Assembly (NCBI GenBank): GCA_023398335.1
Contig: JAEWSJ010000009.1
Span: forward strand, 55,567-119,566
Origin: Bacillota bacterium
Lineage (GTDB): Bacteria; Bacillota_I; Bacilli_A; RFN20; CAG-288
Length of the DNA stretch: 64,000 nt
Reading direction: 5' to 3'
Shown here: positions 49,210 to 59,774 of the stretch, piece after piece
Layout of the letters: every line of letters starts with the position of its first letter
Numbering within the stretch: the stretch's first letter is position 1
Translations under genes and position numbers: made by a program
Notes under the pieces: generated by a model
Database searches by the model: none
The model's input: only the letters and a program-made list of their open reading frames with translations
What the model was told of the DNA's origin: nothing

Positions 49210-51054
49210 TTATTTTGATAATAATTTTTTTACGACTGATTGTGGATCAAGAGAATATCGTTGAAGTTGATTAAGTTTATTACCTTTATCGATAAATTCA
49301 TTTGGTAAACAATATGTATTAAGTGTGCCTTTATAACCGTTTTCAGTTAATATTAGGGACAAATAGCTAGCAAACCCAATTTTTGTTGATGTAGCGTCAT
49401 AAATGTTAATTTCAACCTGATTAAGTAAGATTTCTATTAAATCTTTTGGAAAATCTTTGATTTTATTCAATACGATATAATTATATTCACCTTTTATCTT
49501 ACCTATAATGGAACTCATTTCTTTTCCTAAACCAATCACAATTTTGTTTTTGTAGGAATTATAAGAACAAATATAGTCCTTCATATCTTTATTATTAGTT
49601 AAAGATATATTATTTTTTTTCTCCAATTCTCTTTCCACACGAATTATGGTTGGTCCTTTTGTTGCAAAACTATAGTTATTTATCGTAGAAATTAGCGACT
49701 CACCATCAAAAGGACAATAGATTGATGTATTTGGAATTCCTAAGGTATAGTCAATATCGAATATTCCTTGATGTGACGAACCATCCGGCCCAATAAGACC
49801 AACTCTATCTAAGATAATTAAACTAGGAATTTCCATACGAGACAAGTCATGAAGCAATTCATCATAAGCTCTTTGCAAGAACGTGGAATAAATTGAGATA
49901 ATTGGATGTAGACCTTTTAGACCTAAACCAGCAGCAAATGTTATTGCATGCTCTTCAGCAATACCAACATCAAAACATCTAGAAGGATATTTGACAAAAA
50001 CTTCTTCTAAATGTGAACCTTTTATCATGGCAGGAACAATTAATACAGCTTTACCATCTTTATCCATCATGTATAAAATTTCATTGCCTGCTATATGCGA
50101 AAAAGAAATGTAGTCTTCATGCATATTGCTAGGTTGACCAGTTTCAATATTAAATGGTGAAGCCCCATGCCAATATCCATTTTCATCAATTTCAGCTAAT
50201 GGAAAACCTTTGCCCTTAGTGGTCTTAATGTGAATAATAACTGAATTATCAATCTGTTGAGCCCTCTTAAAGAACTTATCCATTTTCTTAATATCATGTC
50301 CATCGATTGGACCTAAATAATTAGCGTCAAAATTAGAAAAGAAATCCTGTTTGATAAATATACGTTTAATTAAGTCTTTACACGCTTTTCCACTTATATA
50401 TAGCCATCTTAAATATTTATTGTCGAAGATTTTTTTATATACATTTGCGCCAGATTGATAAAACATCGATGTACGAAGTGAATTTAGTAAAATGGAAACC
50501 GCCCCTTTCGGTTTTGAAATTGACATATTATTATCATTGATAACAATGATAAGTTTTCCATTCTTTTTGTAATCTAAATTATTTAGGGCCTCAAAGGCTA
50601 AACCATTAGCAATTGCACCATCTCCGATCACAATCACTGTTTGAGATGGATTGTTATTCATTTTTTTTGCAGCGGCCATTCCTAGGCCAACTGAAATTGA
50701 TGTAGATGAATGCCCTGCTTCATATTTATCATATTTAGACTCTTTCAAAGATTGAAAAGAGGCTAAACCGTCATTAAGTCGAATCGAAGAGATATCTCGT
50801 CCAGTTAGAATTTTATATGTGTATGTCTGGTGACCAACATCAAAAAGAATATCGTCCTTTTCGGCATCGAACGAATTCAATAAGGAGATAGTTAAATCTA
50901 CGACCCCTAGATTGGAAGAAAGGTGTCCGCCATTTAAAGAAACAACCGAAATAATTTTATTTCGAATTTCTTCAGCTAACTCTTTTTCTTCATCATATGA
51001 CATCTTTTTTAACAAATTGATATCAAAATGATTTAAATCATATTTTTCAGACAT
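49210..51054 (-). CDS. dxs: 1-deoxy-D-xylulose-5-phosphate synthase
   Basis: GHQTYTYKILTGR and IGDGA TPP motifs. 614 aa. Confidence 0.9.
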   Translation of the reverse strand: MSEKYDLNHFDINLLKKMSYDEEKELAEEIRNKIISVVSLNGGHLSSNLGVVDLTISLLNSFDAEKDDILFDVGHQTYTYKILTGRDISSIRLNDGLASFQSLKESKYDKYEAGHSSTSISVGLGMAAAKKMNNNPSQTVIVIGDGAIANGLAFEALNNLDYKKNGKLIIVINDNNMSISKPKGAVSILLNSLRTSMFYQSGANVYKKIFDNKYLRWLYISGKACKDLIKRIFIKQDFFSNFDANYLGPIDGHDIKKMDKFFKRAQQIDNSVIIHIKTTKGKGFPLAEIDENGYWHGASPFNIETGQPSNMHEDYISFSHIAGNEILYMMDKDGKAVLIVPAMIKGSHLEEVFVKYPSRCFDVGIAEEHAITFAAGLGLKGLHPIISIYSTFLQRAYDELLHDLSRMEIPSLIILDRVGLIGPDGSSHQGIFDIDYTLGIPNTSIYCPFDGESLISTINNYSFATKGPTIIRVERELEKKNNISLTNNKDMKDYICSYNSYKNKIVIGLGKEMSSIIGKIKGEYNYIVLNKIKDFPKDLIEILLNQVEINIYDATSTKIGFASYLSLILTENGYKGTLNTYCLPNEFIDKGNKLNQLQRYSLDPQSVVKKLLSK

Positions 51055-51080
51055 TTTACTAATTTATTCCTAAATATCTA

Positions 51081-51278
51081 CTATTTAGATACTATTTCGT
51101 TTGAAACCATGCTTTTTAAAGCATTAAGTTCATCTGATAAATCTTTTACTAAATCTTTTCCTTCTTTGTAAAGTGAAGCAATTTGATCAAGAGAAAGATC
51201 TTTATCATTTTCTAATTTTTCAACAATTTTGTTCAGTTTTATTGATTTTTCTTCAAATGTTTCTTTATTCTTTGTCAT
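51081..51278 (-). CDS. xseB: Exodeoxyribonuclease VII small subunit
   Basis: 65 aa, overlaps the xseA stop. Confidence 0.8.
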   Translation of the reverse strand: MTKNKETFEEKSIKLNKIVEKLENDKDLSLDQIASLYKEGKDLVKDLSDELNALKSMVSNEIVSK

Positions 51279-52492
51279 TGTTTTTGCTCCTTTATTACTG
51301 CACTGACCTTACCATCATTAAATTCAATTTCAATTATATCATTATTTTTTAGTTCTGTACTTGATGAAACAATTTTATCATCTTTTTTAATGATAGCATA
51401 ACCTTTAGACATAATATTAAACGGATTCATCCCATCTAATTTAATTTTATTATTACCTAAGAGATATTCTTCATTTAAAATAAAATGAGATAAAGCATTG
51501 TCTAAGCGTGAAGAACAATTTTTAAGAGATTCTATTCTTAAATCAAAAGTATGACTTGGTGAATGAGTTTCAATTATTTGCATTAATGAAGCAAGTTCAA
51601 TTTGACACATATTTAGTTTTGAATTAATAATATTATCTAAATCTTTATCTAAAGCATTTATATTTTGTATTATATCTGCTAAATCAGGAAGAACTTTATT
51701 AGCTGCATCCGTAGGTGTTATAGCATAGACAGAAGAAACGTAATCACATAAAGAAACATCTATTTCATGACCGATAGCGCTAATGACAGGTTTATTCATC
51801 ATTGAAAGACGGCGAACTAATTTTTCGTCATTAAAACAAGATAAATCAGTTTTAGAACCACCACCACGACCAAAAATAATTACATCAACATCAGATTTAT
51901 CTGCTCTATCTAACGCCTCAATTAATGATAAAGGAGCTTGCTCTCCTTGAACTAACGCATCAAATAAAACAGTTGAGACTGGAAATTTTTTTGATAGTGT
52001 TTCGATGATATCGTGATATGCAGCACCGGAAGCGGAAGTAATTATACCTATTTTTTTAGGAAAAGAAGGCAATGGCTTTTTTCTAGATTCATCAAACAAT
52101 CCTTCTTTTTGTAATTTTTCTTTCAATCTTTTTAATTTGATTAATTCTAGTCCTTCGCCATACAGATACAAATCTTTGGCAATTAAAGATAAGGTGCCAA
52201 AACCACCATAGTAATTAAAATCGCCTTTAACTACAACTTGGTCACCTTCGTTATATTCATCTTTAATATAGTTATTTGTCCAATTAAAAATAATAACCTT
52301 TAAAGTGCTTTTCTTCGAGGATGAAGAGGCATCTATTAAAGTAAGATAAGTATTTCCGTTTTTTACCGACTTAGAGACTATCTCGCCTAAAACGCCGATA
52401 TTCATAAATAATTCAGACTTAAAAACTTCAGAAATTATCTCGGATATCTCATTTACAGAATAAAACTCTTTCTTTTTAAATCCTTCAATCAT
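51275..52492 (-). CDS. xseA: Exodeoxyribonuclease VII large subunit
   Basis: OB-fold N-terminus and catalytic core. Order nusB-xseA-xseB-dxs as in Bsu. Confidence 0.85.
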   Translation of the reverse strand: MIEGFKKKEFYSVNEISEIISEVFKSELFMNIGVLGEIVSKSVKNGNTYLTLIDASSSSKKSTLKVIIFNWTNNYIKDEYNEGDQVVVKGDFNYYGGFGTLSLIAKDLYLYGEGLELIKLKRLKEKLQKEGLFDESRKKPLPSFPKKIGIITSASGAAYHDIIETLSKKFPVSTVLFDALVQGEQAPLSLIEALDRADKSDVDVIIFGRGGGSKTDLSCFNDEKLVRRLSMMNKPVISAIGHEIDVSLCDYVSSVYAITPTDAANKVLPDLADIIQNINALDKDLDNIINSKLNMCQIELASLMQIIETHSPSHTFDLRIESLKNCSSRLDNALSHFILNEEYLLGNNKIKLDGMNPFNIMSKGYAIIKKDDKIVSSSTELKNNDIIEIEFNDGKVSAVIKEQKQ

Positions 52493-52905
52493 TTACTTAA
52501 TAGGACCTTATCTAAAACAGCGTTGATATATTTATAGTCAGTGGAGTCTAGATATTTCTTTGCTAAATCTATTGCGCAATTTATCGCAACAGGTTTTGAA
52601 GTTAATTTACAGTATTTACATTCACTAATAGCCAATAAAAATATAGCTTGAGCGATATAATTAAGTCTATCGAAAGTCCATTTATTCAAAAATGGAGATA
52701 CTTCACTAACAATTTGATCTTTATTTACAAGAGCCTTAACAAAAACTTCTTGAGCAAATAAATCTATATCGGTAAATTCCGAACTATCAAAACAATCCAT
52801 CAATTCATCTTTTGGATCAAAGTCATTTCCCGCTTTTTCTTTTATCAAACATGAGTAAAGAGCATTCATAATTTTTTCTCTAATAGCAAATCTTGTTAAT
52901 TCCAT
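52489..52905 (-). CDS. nusB: Transcription antitermination factor NusB
   Basis: 138 aa with the NusB fold pattern. Confidence 0.8.
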   Translation of the reverse strand: MELTRFAIREKIMNALYSCLIKEKAGNDFDPKDELMDCFDSSEFTDIDLFAQEVFVKALVNKDQIVSEVSPFLNKWTFDRLNYIAQAIFLLAISECKYCKLTSKPVAINCAIDLAKKYLDSTDYKYINAVLDKVLLSK

Positions 52906-52974
52906 AATTAATCTCCCTATTCATGTTTTCAAAGAACGTTATTTTTTAAACCTTTGTAATTATATACTATCGGC

Positions 52975-53319
52975 TTAATAAATTCCACAAATTTTTATAT
53001 CGACATTTATATTTGAATATTCAGTCATGCTTATGACGTTATCAAATATTTCTTTTTGCAATTCTTGACATATTTTAGTCGCGTTACTATCTTTCTTAAA
53101 AGATAAGCAAACTTTTATGGATATCAAATTATTTTTAATTAAAGTAGAAACTGGTTCAGTTAACTTAGCAATTTTATTTTTATCTTCGTTATCTTTATCA
53201 TCCAAAACGATATAACCTACATCTTCTAATACATAATTGACCATTTGACAAATGGCTAAATAAGATACGGATGTAACTCCTCTGCTATTTGAACTAGATA
53301 TATTTATATACTCTGCCAT
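52975..53319 (-). CDS. Asp23/Gls24 family protein (YqhY-like)
   Basis: Upstream of nusB as yqhY is in Bsu. Confidence 0.65.
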   Translation of the reverse strand: MAEYINISSSNSRGVTSVSYLAICQMVNYVLEDVGYIVLDDKDNEDKNKIAKLTEPVSTLIKNNLISIKVCLSFKKDSNATKICQELQKEIFDNVISMTEYSNINVDIKICGIY

Positions 53320-53321
53320 AA

Positions 53322-55472
53322 TTAATCTCCTTTTTTATCAGTAACACGTTTCATGGATAAACCAATTCTATTACGCTTTTCATCAATACTGATAACTTCT
53401 ACTTTTACTATATCACTAATCTTGACAATATCGGAAACGTTTTTAACATAAGATGAAGATAACTCTGAAATATGAACTAATCCATCTTCATGGATTCCAA
53501 TATCCACAAAACATCCAAAGTCCATAATATTTCTTACTGTTCCTTCAAGAACCATACCAATTTTCAAATCCTTAATTGATTTAACATCGTTATTAAGTTG
53601 AGCTTTGATAACTGAATCACGTGGATCTCTATTAGGTTTGCTAAGTTCAAGAATAATATCATTTAATGTTAAAATACCACAATTCAATTTTTCGGCATTT
53701 TTTTCTTTTGAAGACTCGTCAAGGACACTTAATTGCTCAGCGCATTTTGATATATCAGTTATATTAAGTTCTTTTATCAATTCTTTAGCAATTTTATATG
53801 ACTCTGGGTGAATACCAGTGTTATCTAATGGTTCTTCTCCGTTTTTAATACGTAAAAATCCAGCTGCATTTTCAAAGGCTTTAGGGCCAAATTTCTTAAC
53901 TTTGGAAAAATCTTTTCTATTCTTAAACATACCGTTCGTAGAACGATATAAAACTATTTCGTTGGCTAAAGCAGCATTAATTCCGGATACATAACTCAGT
54001 AAAGAAGGTGAAGCTACATTGATATCAACCCCAACAGCATTAACACAATCTTCGACAATACCACCTAAAGCATCTTTTAACTTCGTCTGATTCATATCGT
54101 GTTGATATTGACCAACCCCGATGCTACGTGGATCGATTTTAACCAATTCGGATAATGGATCTAATAAACGACGAGCAATACTTACAGCACTACGTAAGGA
54201 AACATCAAATTTCGGAAATTCTTTTATCGCTAGTTCTGACGCACTATAAATAGAAGCACCTGCTTCAGAAACAATGACTAATTCACATGATGGATAATTC
54301 TTCAATATTCTATGTAAAAATTCTTCAGATTCACGTGAAGCTGTTCCATTACCTAGTGCTATATATGTAACATTGAATTTTTTTATTAAGTCAGATATCA
54401 CTTGTTCGTCTTTACTAATGGTACTCTTTCCTTTAATAGTAGGATAAACAATAGAAGTAGCTAAAACATCACCTTTTGAATCTATAACGGCGATTTTACA
54501 TCCGTTAATATATCCAGGATCAAAGCCCATTATTACTTGACCTTTTAAAGGAGCAACCATCAGTAATTCTCTTAGATTAATTTTAAAAGTTTCAATTGAT
54601 GAATCCTCTGCTTTAGTGAATAAATCACTTAGAACATCATTATCAACACTAGGTTTTATTAATCTAATATATGAATCCTTGATAATATCATCAAATATTG
54701 TTTGATATGGAGTATTAACTGTTTTAGCGAATATCTTTAGATGAGCATAAACTTCATCTTCGGATACTAATACTTCTCGAGTTAAGCATTTTTCTTTTTC
54801 TCCTCTAGATGTAGCTAAGATTCGATGCGGACGGATTTTAGAAATTAACTCTTTATAATTGTCATAATCATTGTAGACATCACTTGTAGGATTTTTTACT
54901 AGATTAGAAGATAAAAAACCTTTTTTATTAATTAAATTTTTCAAAAAAGTACGATAATTTGGATTATCAGATATTTCCTCAGCAATGATATCTTTAGCAC
55001 CGTTTATGGCATCATCAATTGTTTTTACGCCTTTTTCTTCAGAAATATATTTCTTCGCTTCATCTTTAAGTGTATTGGTCTTATCTGTTTTTAGAAACTC
55101 CGCTAGAGGTTTTAGACCTTTTTTAACCGCTATTGAACCACGTGTTTGACGTTTTGGCTTAAAAGGGCGATAAATATCTTCAAGATTAGAGTTAATTTCA
55201 CATTTTTCAATTTCACTTCGTAACTCATCAGTTAATTTTCCTTGTGATTCAATCGACTCTAAAATGGTTTTCTTTCGAGCTTCAATATTTCTTATATATG
55301 TAAGTCTTTCTAATAATTTACGAACATTGACGTCTTCCATTCCATTAGTTACTTCTTTTCTATAACGAGAAATGAATGGAATAGTCGCACCATTGTCAAG
55401 GAGTTCGACAGTGGCAGCGATATATTTCTCTTCTATATTTAACTCATACGATAACTTCTTAATTAAATCCAT
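53322..55472 (-). CDS. tex: Transcription accessory protein Tex (YqgF/HhH/S1 domains)
   Basis: 716 aa with a C-terminal S1 domain. Confidence 0.9.
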   Translation of the reverse strand: MDLIKKLSYELNIEEKYIAATVELLDNGATIPFISRYRKEVTNGMEDVNVRKLLERLTYIRNIEARKKTILESIESQGKLTDELRSEIEKCEINSNLEDIYRPFKPKRQTRGSIAVKKGLKPLAEFLKTDKTNTLKDEAKKYISEEKGVKTIDDAINGAKDIIAEEISDNPNYRTFLKNLINKKGFLSSNLVKNPTSDVYNDYDNYKELISKIRPHRILATSRGEKEKCLTREVLVSEDEVYAHLKIFAKTVNTPYQTIFDDIIKDSYIRLIKPSVDNDVLSDLFTKAEDSSIETFKINLRELLMVAPLKGQVIMGFDPGYINGCKIAVIDSKGDVLATSIVYPTIKGKSTISKDEQVISDLIKKFNVTYIALGNGTASRESEEFLHRILKNYPSCELVIVSEAGASIYSASELAIKEFPKFDVSLRSAVSIARRLLDPLSELVKIDPRSIGVGQYQHDMNQTKLKDALGGIVEDCVNAVGVDINVASPSLLSYVSGINAALANEIVLYRSTNGMFKNRKDFSKVKKFGPKAFENAAGFLRIKNGEEPLDNTGIHPESYKIAKELIKELNITDISKCAEQLSVLDESSKEKNAEKLNCGILTLNDIILELSKPNRDPRDSVIKAQLNNDVKSIKDLKIGMVLEGTVRNIMDFGCFVDIGIHEDGLVHISELSSSYVKNVSDIVKISDIVKVEVISIDEKRNRIGLSMKRVTDKKGD

Positions 55473-55492
55473 AATATATTCCTTATCCTTTT

Positions 55493-55516
55493 AAAAAAGT
55501 CCAAGAAGGACTTTTT
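55493..55516. terminator. Terminator of leuS (usable in both directions), overlapping the leuS stop
   Basis: aagtcc aagaa ggactt hairpin flanked by A6 and T5. Confidence 0.6.
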
Positions 55517-57920
55517 ATCTAACAACAATATTCAATATTTTGTTTTTTACAAATATAACCTTAACTATTGTTTTGCCGTCTAAATTACGTTTTACCGCAT
55601 CTATTTCACTAGCTAAAGCTAATACCTTATTCTGATCATTTTCATCTCTAGTTACTTCAAGAGTACCTCTTGTTTTGCCATTAACGGATACGGCTATAAC
55701 AACAGTATTTTGAACTGTCTTATTATCATCGTAAGTTGGCCAAGATTCAAAATCTATAAAGCCATTCCCACCCATCATATTAAACAATTCTTCGCCAACA
55801 TGTGGAACAACTGGGAATAACATTTTTACTAAGCCTAACATATATGTTCTATTTAGTTTTGGTGAATTATATAGTTCATTAACAAAAATCATCAATTGAG
55901 ATATTGCAGTGTTAAAACTTAAGCTTTCATAATCAGCAGTAACTTTCTTAACTGTATAGTTATATATGTAATCAAGAGACTTAACTTCTTCATCAGTCCA
56001 TTTTACTAGATATTCTTCATCTGAAAATAATCTATATACTCTTTGAATAAATCTCTTTGCGCCAGCTAAGCCATTATTAGACCATGGTAAACTTTGATTT
56101 AATGGTCCCTTAAACAATTCATATAATCTAAGCGAATCAGCACCAAATTCATTTATAACATCATCAGGATTAACAACATTACCTCTAGATTTAGACATTT
56201 TTTGTCCATCAGAGCCTAAAATCATTCCTTGATGATATAATTTCTTAAATGGTTCTTTGCAGGAGAATACACCTTTGTCATATAAGTATTTATGCCAAAA
56301 TCTAGCATAAAGAAGATGTAAAACCGCGTGCTCAGATCCGCCGATATATTGATCAACTGGTAGCCAATGATCAAGCAATGTTTTATCGCCAATTTCATTT
56401 TCATTTTTAGGATCAATATAACGAGCATAATACCATGATGAACCAGCCCATTGAGGCATAATGTTAGTTTCTCTTTCACCTTTTTTACCATCAATTACAA
56501 CATTGATAAATGATGTAGCTTTTGAAAGAGGTGGCTTACCATTTGTAGTAGGTTTATAATCATCAAGTTCAGGTAAGACTAATGGAAGTTCACTGTAATT
56601 AACAGGTTTTAACGAACCATCTTCCATATGAATTACTGGAATTGGTTCACCCCAATAACGTTGACGTGAAAACAACCAGTCACGTAATTTGAAATTAACC
56701 TTACGTTGACCTTTTCCACTTTCTTCTAGATGCTTTGTAATTATTTCTTTAGCATCTTTTATATTTAATCCATCGGCATATGAAGAATTCATATGTTTTG
56801 AATCACCTTCAAACGCACATGAAGATATATCACCTTCAAGAACTTGAATCATTTCAATATTATGTTTTTTAGCGAATTCGTAATCTCTTTGATCATGAGA
56901 AGGAACAGCCATTACCGCTCCCGAACCATAAGAAGCTAAAACATAATCACCTATATATATAGGAACGATGGTGTTATTAATTGGATTTATAGCGTAAGCG
57001 CCAATAAACACTCCTGTTTTATCTTTATTTAATTCTGTTCTTTCAAGATCAGATTTAGATTTAATCGAGTCTAAATATGCATCGACATATTTTTGACATT
57101 CTTTTGATGTCAATTTCTTTACTAATGGATGTTCTGGGGCTAAAACAACGTATGTACAGCCAAATAAAGTATCTACTCTAGTTGTATAGACATTAAAGTA
57201 GTCTGAAGTATTTTTAACATCAAAGCGAACTTCAACACCTTCAGAGCGACCTATCCAGTTACGTTGCATTTCTACAGTTGAACTTGGCCATTCAAGCAAT
57301 GGTAAATCATCTAATAATTTTTGAGCATAAGCAGTAATTTTTAATATCCATTGTTTCATTTGAACTTTAATTACTGGGAATCCACCACGTTCTGACTTGC
57401 CGTCAATAATTTCTTCGTTAGCCAAAACAGTTCCGAGTTCCGGACAATAGTTAACCGGTCTTTCATCCATATATGCTAATTTATCATCAAATAATTTTAA
57501 GAATATCCATTGTGTCCATTTATAAAAAGATGGATCTGATGTATGAATTTCCTTGCTCCAATCATAAGACAAACCACATGAATTCATTTGCTTTTTAAAA
57601 TTTTGAATATTTGCTTCGGTAAATGGGCCAGGATTATTGTTAGTTTTTATCGCATATTGTTCCGCTGGTAAGCCGAAAGAATCAAAACCCATTGGATAAA
57701 GAACGTTAAAGCCTTGCATTCTTTTCATTCTAGCGGTAGCGTCACTGGCGGTATATCCTTCAATATGTCCAACATGTAAACCTTGGGCTGATGGATATGG
57801 GAACATATCCATTAAAAAATACTTAGGTTTAGAAAAATCACGAACATCACATTCATAAATATTACTTTCCAACCATTTCTTTTGCCATTTTTTCTCTATT
57901 TCATTTGCATCATAAGTCAT
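55515..57920 (-). CDS. leuS: Leucyl-tRNA synthetase
   Basis: HVGH and KMSKS motifs. 801 aa. Confidence 0.95.
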   Translation of the reverse strand: MTYDANEIEKKWQKKWLESNIYECDVRDFSKPKYFLMDMFPYPSAQGLHVGHIEGYTASDATARMKRMQGFNVLYPMGFDSFGLPAEQYAIKTNNNPGPFTEANIQNFKKQMNSCGLSYDWSKEIHTSDPSFYKWTQWIFLKLFDDKLAYMDERPVNYCPELGTVLANEEIIDGKSERGGFPVIKVQMKQWILKITAYAQKLLDDLPLLEWPSSTVEMQRNWIGRSEGVEVRFDVKNTSDYFNVYTTRVDTLFGCTYVVLAPEHPLVKKLTSKECQKYVDAYLDSIKSKSDLERTELNKDKTGVFIGAYAINPINNTIVPIYIGDYVLASYGSGAVMAVPSHDQRDYEFAKKHNIEMIQVLEGDISSCAFEGDSKHMNSSYADGLNIKDAKEIITKHLEESGKGQRKVNFKLRDWLFSRQRYWGEPIPVIHMEDGSLKPVNYSELPLVLPELDDYKPTTNGKPPLSKATSFINVVIDGKKGERETNIMPQWAGSSWYYARYIDPKNENEIGDKTLLDHWLPVDQYIGGSEHAVLHLLYARFWHKYLYDKGVFSCKEPFKKLYHQGMILGSDGQKMSKSRGNVVNPDDVINEFGADSLRLYELFKGPLNQSLPWSNNGLAGAKRFIQRVYRLFSDEEYLVKWTDEEVKSLDYIYNYTVKKVTADYESLSFNTAISQLMIFVNELYNSPKLNRTYMLGLVKMLFPVVPHVGEELFNMMGGNGFIDFESWPTYDDNKTVQNTVVIAVSVNGKTRGTLEVTRDENDQNKVLALASEIDAVKRNLDGKTIVKVIFVKNKILNIVVR

Positions 57921-58223
57921 ATATTTTTCTCGTCTTTCTTTTCCTATTTAGTATAATATTATCCCTGCTTATTTTCAATCAACTATTTTTCTTTTCATAC
58001 TCTAGATATCATCATTTATCTAGCTGAAGAATTATACGCGCCTTAATAAAAAGTTCTTTACTTTTTTTCCGTAATATTGTAATATTAATAAGCATGCGTA
58101 GCATATGAGTATTTGTTTGCCTGATGAATAACATTTAAGTAACCCAGCTATTAATGGCGAAGTTATTCACCCGAAATAAAAGGACTCACACCTATTCAGC
58201 AGTTATGAAAGGAGACATTAAAC

Positions 58224-58835
58224 ATGTCAAGATACACAGGACCATCCTGGAAAGTTTCAAGAAGATTAGGCTATTCAACTCTTGAGACAGGTCGTGAATT
58301 AGCTAAAAGAGCATATGCTCCAGGTCAACACGGAAATGACCGTCGTAGAAAATTATCAGAATATGGTAAACAATTAAACGAAAAACAAAAGTTAAGACAA
58401 ACTTATGGAGTTTCCGAAAGACAATTTAGACGTTTATTCATCATGGCTAAAGCTGACAAAAACACAGTTACAGGCTTAGCATTCATGAGAATTCTTGAAA
58501 CTAGATTGGACAACGTTGTCTATCGTTTAGGTTTCGCCCGTACAAGAAGAGCTGCTAGACAACTCGTTTGCCACGGTCACGTTACAGTAAATGGTAACAA
58601 ACTTGATATTCCATCATACTTAGTTGCAATCAATGATATCGTTTCATTAGATGAAAAAGCTAAGAACTTTGGAATTGTCAAAGATGCATTAGAAACACAA
58701 GTCAGTGTTGTTGCTTATGTCGAATGTGATAAAGAAAAGAAGGAAGGAAAGCTCGTTAGATTACCAGAACGTAATGAACTTACTCCTGAAATTGTTGAAT
58801 CACAAATCGTCGAATTCTACAACAGAAAGCTCTAA
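58224..58835 (+). CDS. rpsD: 30S ribosomal protein S4
   Basis: [17 protein letters not shown]-terminus. Confidence 0.95.
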   Translation: MSRYTGPSWKVSRRLGYSTLETGRELAKRAYAPGQHGNDRRRKLSEYGKQLNEKQKLRQTYGVSERQFRRLFIMAKADKNTVTGLAFMRILETRLDNVVYRLGFARTRRAARQLVCHGHVTVNGNKLDIPSYLVAINDIVSLDEKAKNFGIVKDALETQVSVVAYVECDKEKKEGKLVRLPERNELTPEIVESQIVEFYNRKL

Positions 58836-58844
58836 TATATTACT

Positions 58845-58870
58845 AAAACGGCTTCGGCCGTTTTTTTTAT
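58845..58870 (+). terminator. Rho-independent terminator after rpsD
   Basis: aaaacggc ttcg gccgtttt followed by T8. Confidence 0.75.
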
Positions 58871-58912
58871 AAAAAAACTTGCAAGTACACAATCTTGCAA
58901 GTTATTTTTTAG
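58871..58912. terminator. Second hairpin, serving as terminator of the minus-strand membrane-protein gene
   Basis: acttgcaag/cttgcaagt 9 bp stem with a flanking A-run and T-run. Confidence 0.55.
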
Positions 58913-59651
58913 TTTTTAAATCTTTTATCAATAATTCGTATTGTTCCGCAGATATTTTGTGTTCTTGAAATAGTCTTTCATATTCTGTTAATTTATCTAC
59001 ATTGCCAGTGCTTTCTGTTTGAGCATTGACGACTTCCCTTGTTGGAGAATAAATCCCCATATCAGTAATATTTAAGTTTTTCTTCTTTTTATTATTCATA
59101 GCCTTTTTAACAAGTTCTGTCTTAGATATCATTGTTGTATAATCCAAATTTTTTTCTTGCCACATTTGCTCAGCCATAACATTACTTGAAACTAATTGAG
59201 CAACATTTTGAGAAGTTCTAACTCCTGGTTTTGCAATTCGATAATACGTAAGTTTTTGCGCATCTAGTTCACTTACTGGATAGAGTTTATGTTTTTTGAT
59301 TTTTTTCTTCAATAAATAATTATCAATTGTGACCGATAAAAACACATGAATTAAAAATATCGCAAAAATACCAATATATATCGGATATTCGTTAAAGCCA
59401 CTTCTGAAATAGAATAAAATATTATGCACTATTGTTTGAGCATTTGTATCCATTGGTATTTTATATAGCAGTTCTTGAATAGCTTCCATTCCTGGAATTG
59501 GTAAACAATAATAGTAAATAACAAGTAGAAACAAACTGTAATACTGAAGTCTAACTAATAGATAAAGTGGACCAAAAAAGAAATACAAAAAAGAAAAACC
59601 AACTCTTTTACTTTTCTTGTTTAATGCAATATCCTGTAGATCAACTTTCAT
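58902..59651 (-). CDS. Membrane protein with C-terminal SHOCT-like domain
   Basis: Start at the MKVDLQD Met, preceded by an AAAGGA RBS. The track ORF is over-extended into an upstream terminator. Two or three TM helices. C-terminus KLTEYERLFQEHKISAEQYELLIKDLK is SHOCT-like. Confidence 0.5.
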   Translation of the reverse strand: MKVDLQDIALNKKSKRVGFSFLYFFFGPLYLLVRLQYYSLFLLVIYYYCLPIPGMEAIQELLYKIPMDTNAQTIVHNILFYFRSGFNEYPIYIGIFAIFLIHVFLSVTIDNYLLKKKIKKHKLYPVSELDAQKLTYYRIAKPGVRTSQNVAQLVSSNVMAEQMWQEKNLDYTTMISKTELVKKAMNNKKKKNLNITDMGIYSPTREVVNAQTESTGNVDKLTEYERLFQEHKISAEQYELLIKDLKTKK

Positions 59652-59720
59652 TTGTATGTCCTTTTTTCTTGTTAATAATGTTATATCATATTTCTTTATA
59701 TAATTTAACATATAAAGATA

Positions 59721-59760
59721 CAAAAAGCATACTTTTGTATTATCTAACAAAAGTATGCTA
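59721..59760 (-). terminator. Terminator after the LRR-lipoprotein gene
   Basis: Perfect 13 bp inverted repeat agcatacttttgt/acaaaagtatgct, followed by a U-run on the minus strand. Confidence 0.65.
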
Positions 59761-59774
59761 ATAAATTAACCAAA

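Noticed and set aside
57921-58200. Expected T-box leader for leuS
   Set aside because: No T-box consensus (GGTGGnACCGCG) is present on the minus strand in this interval.
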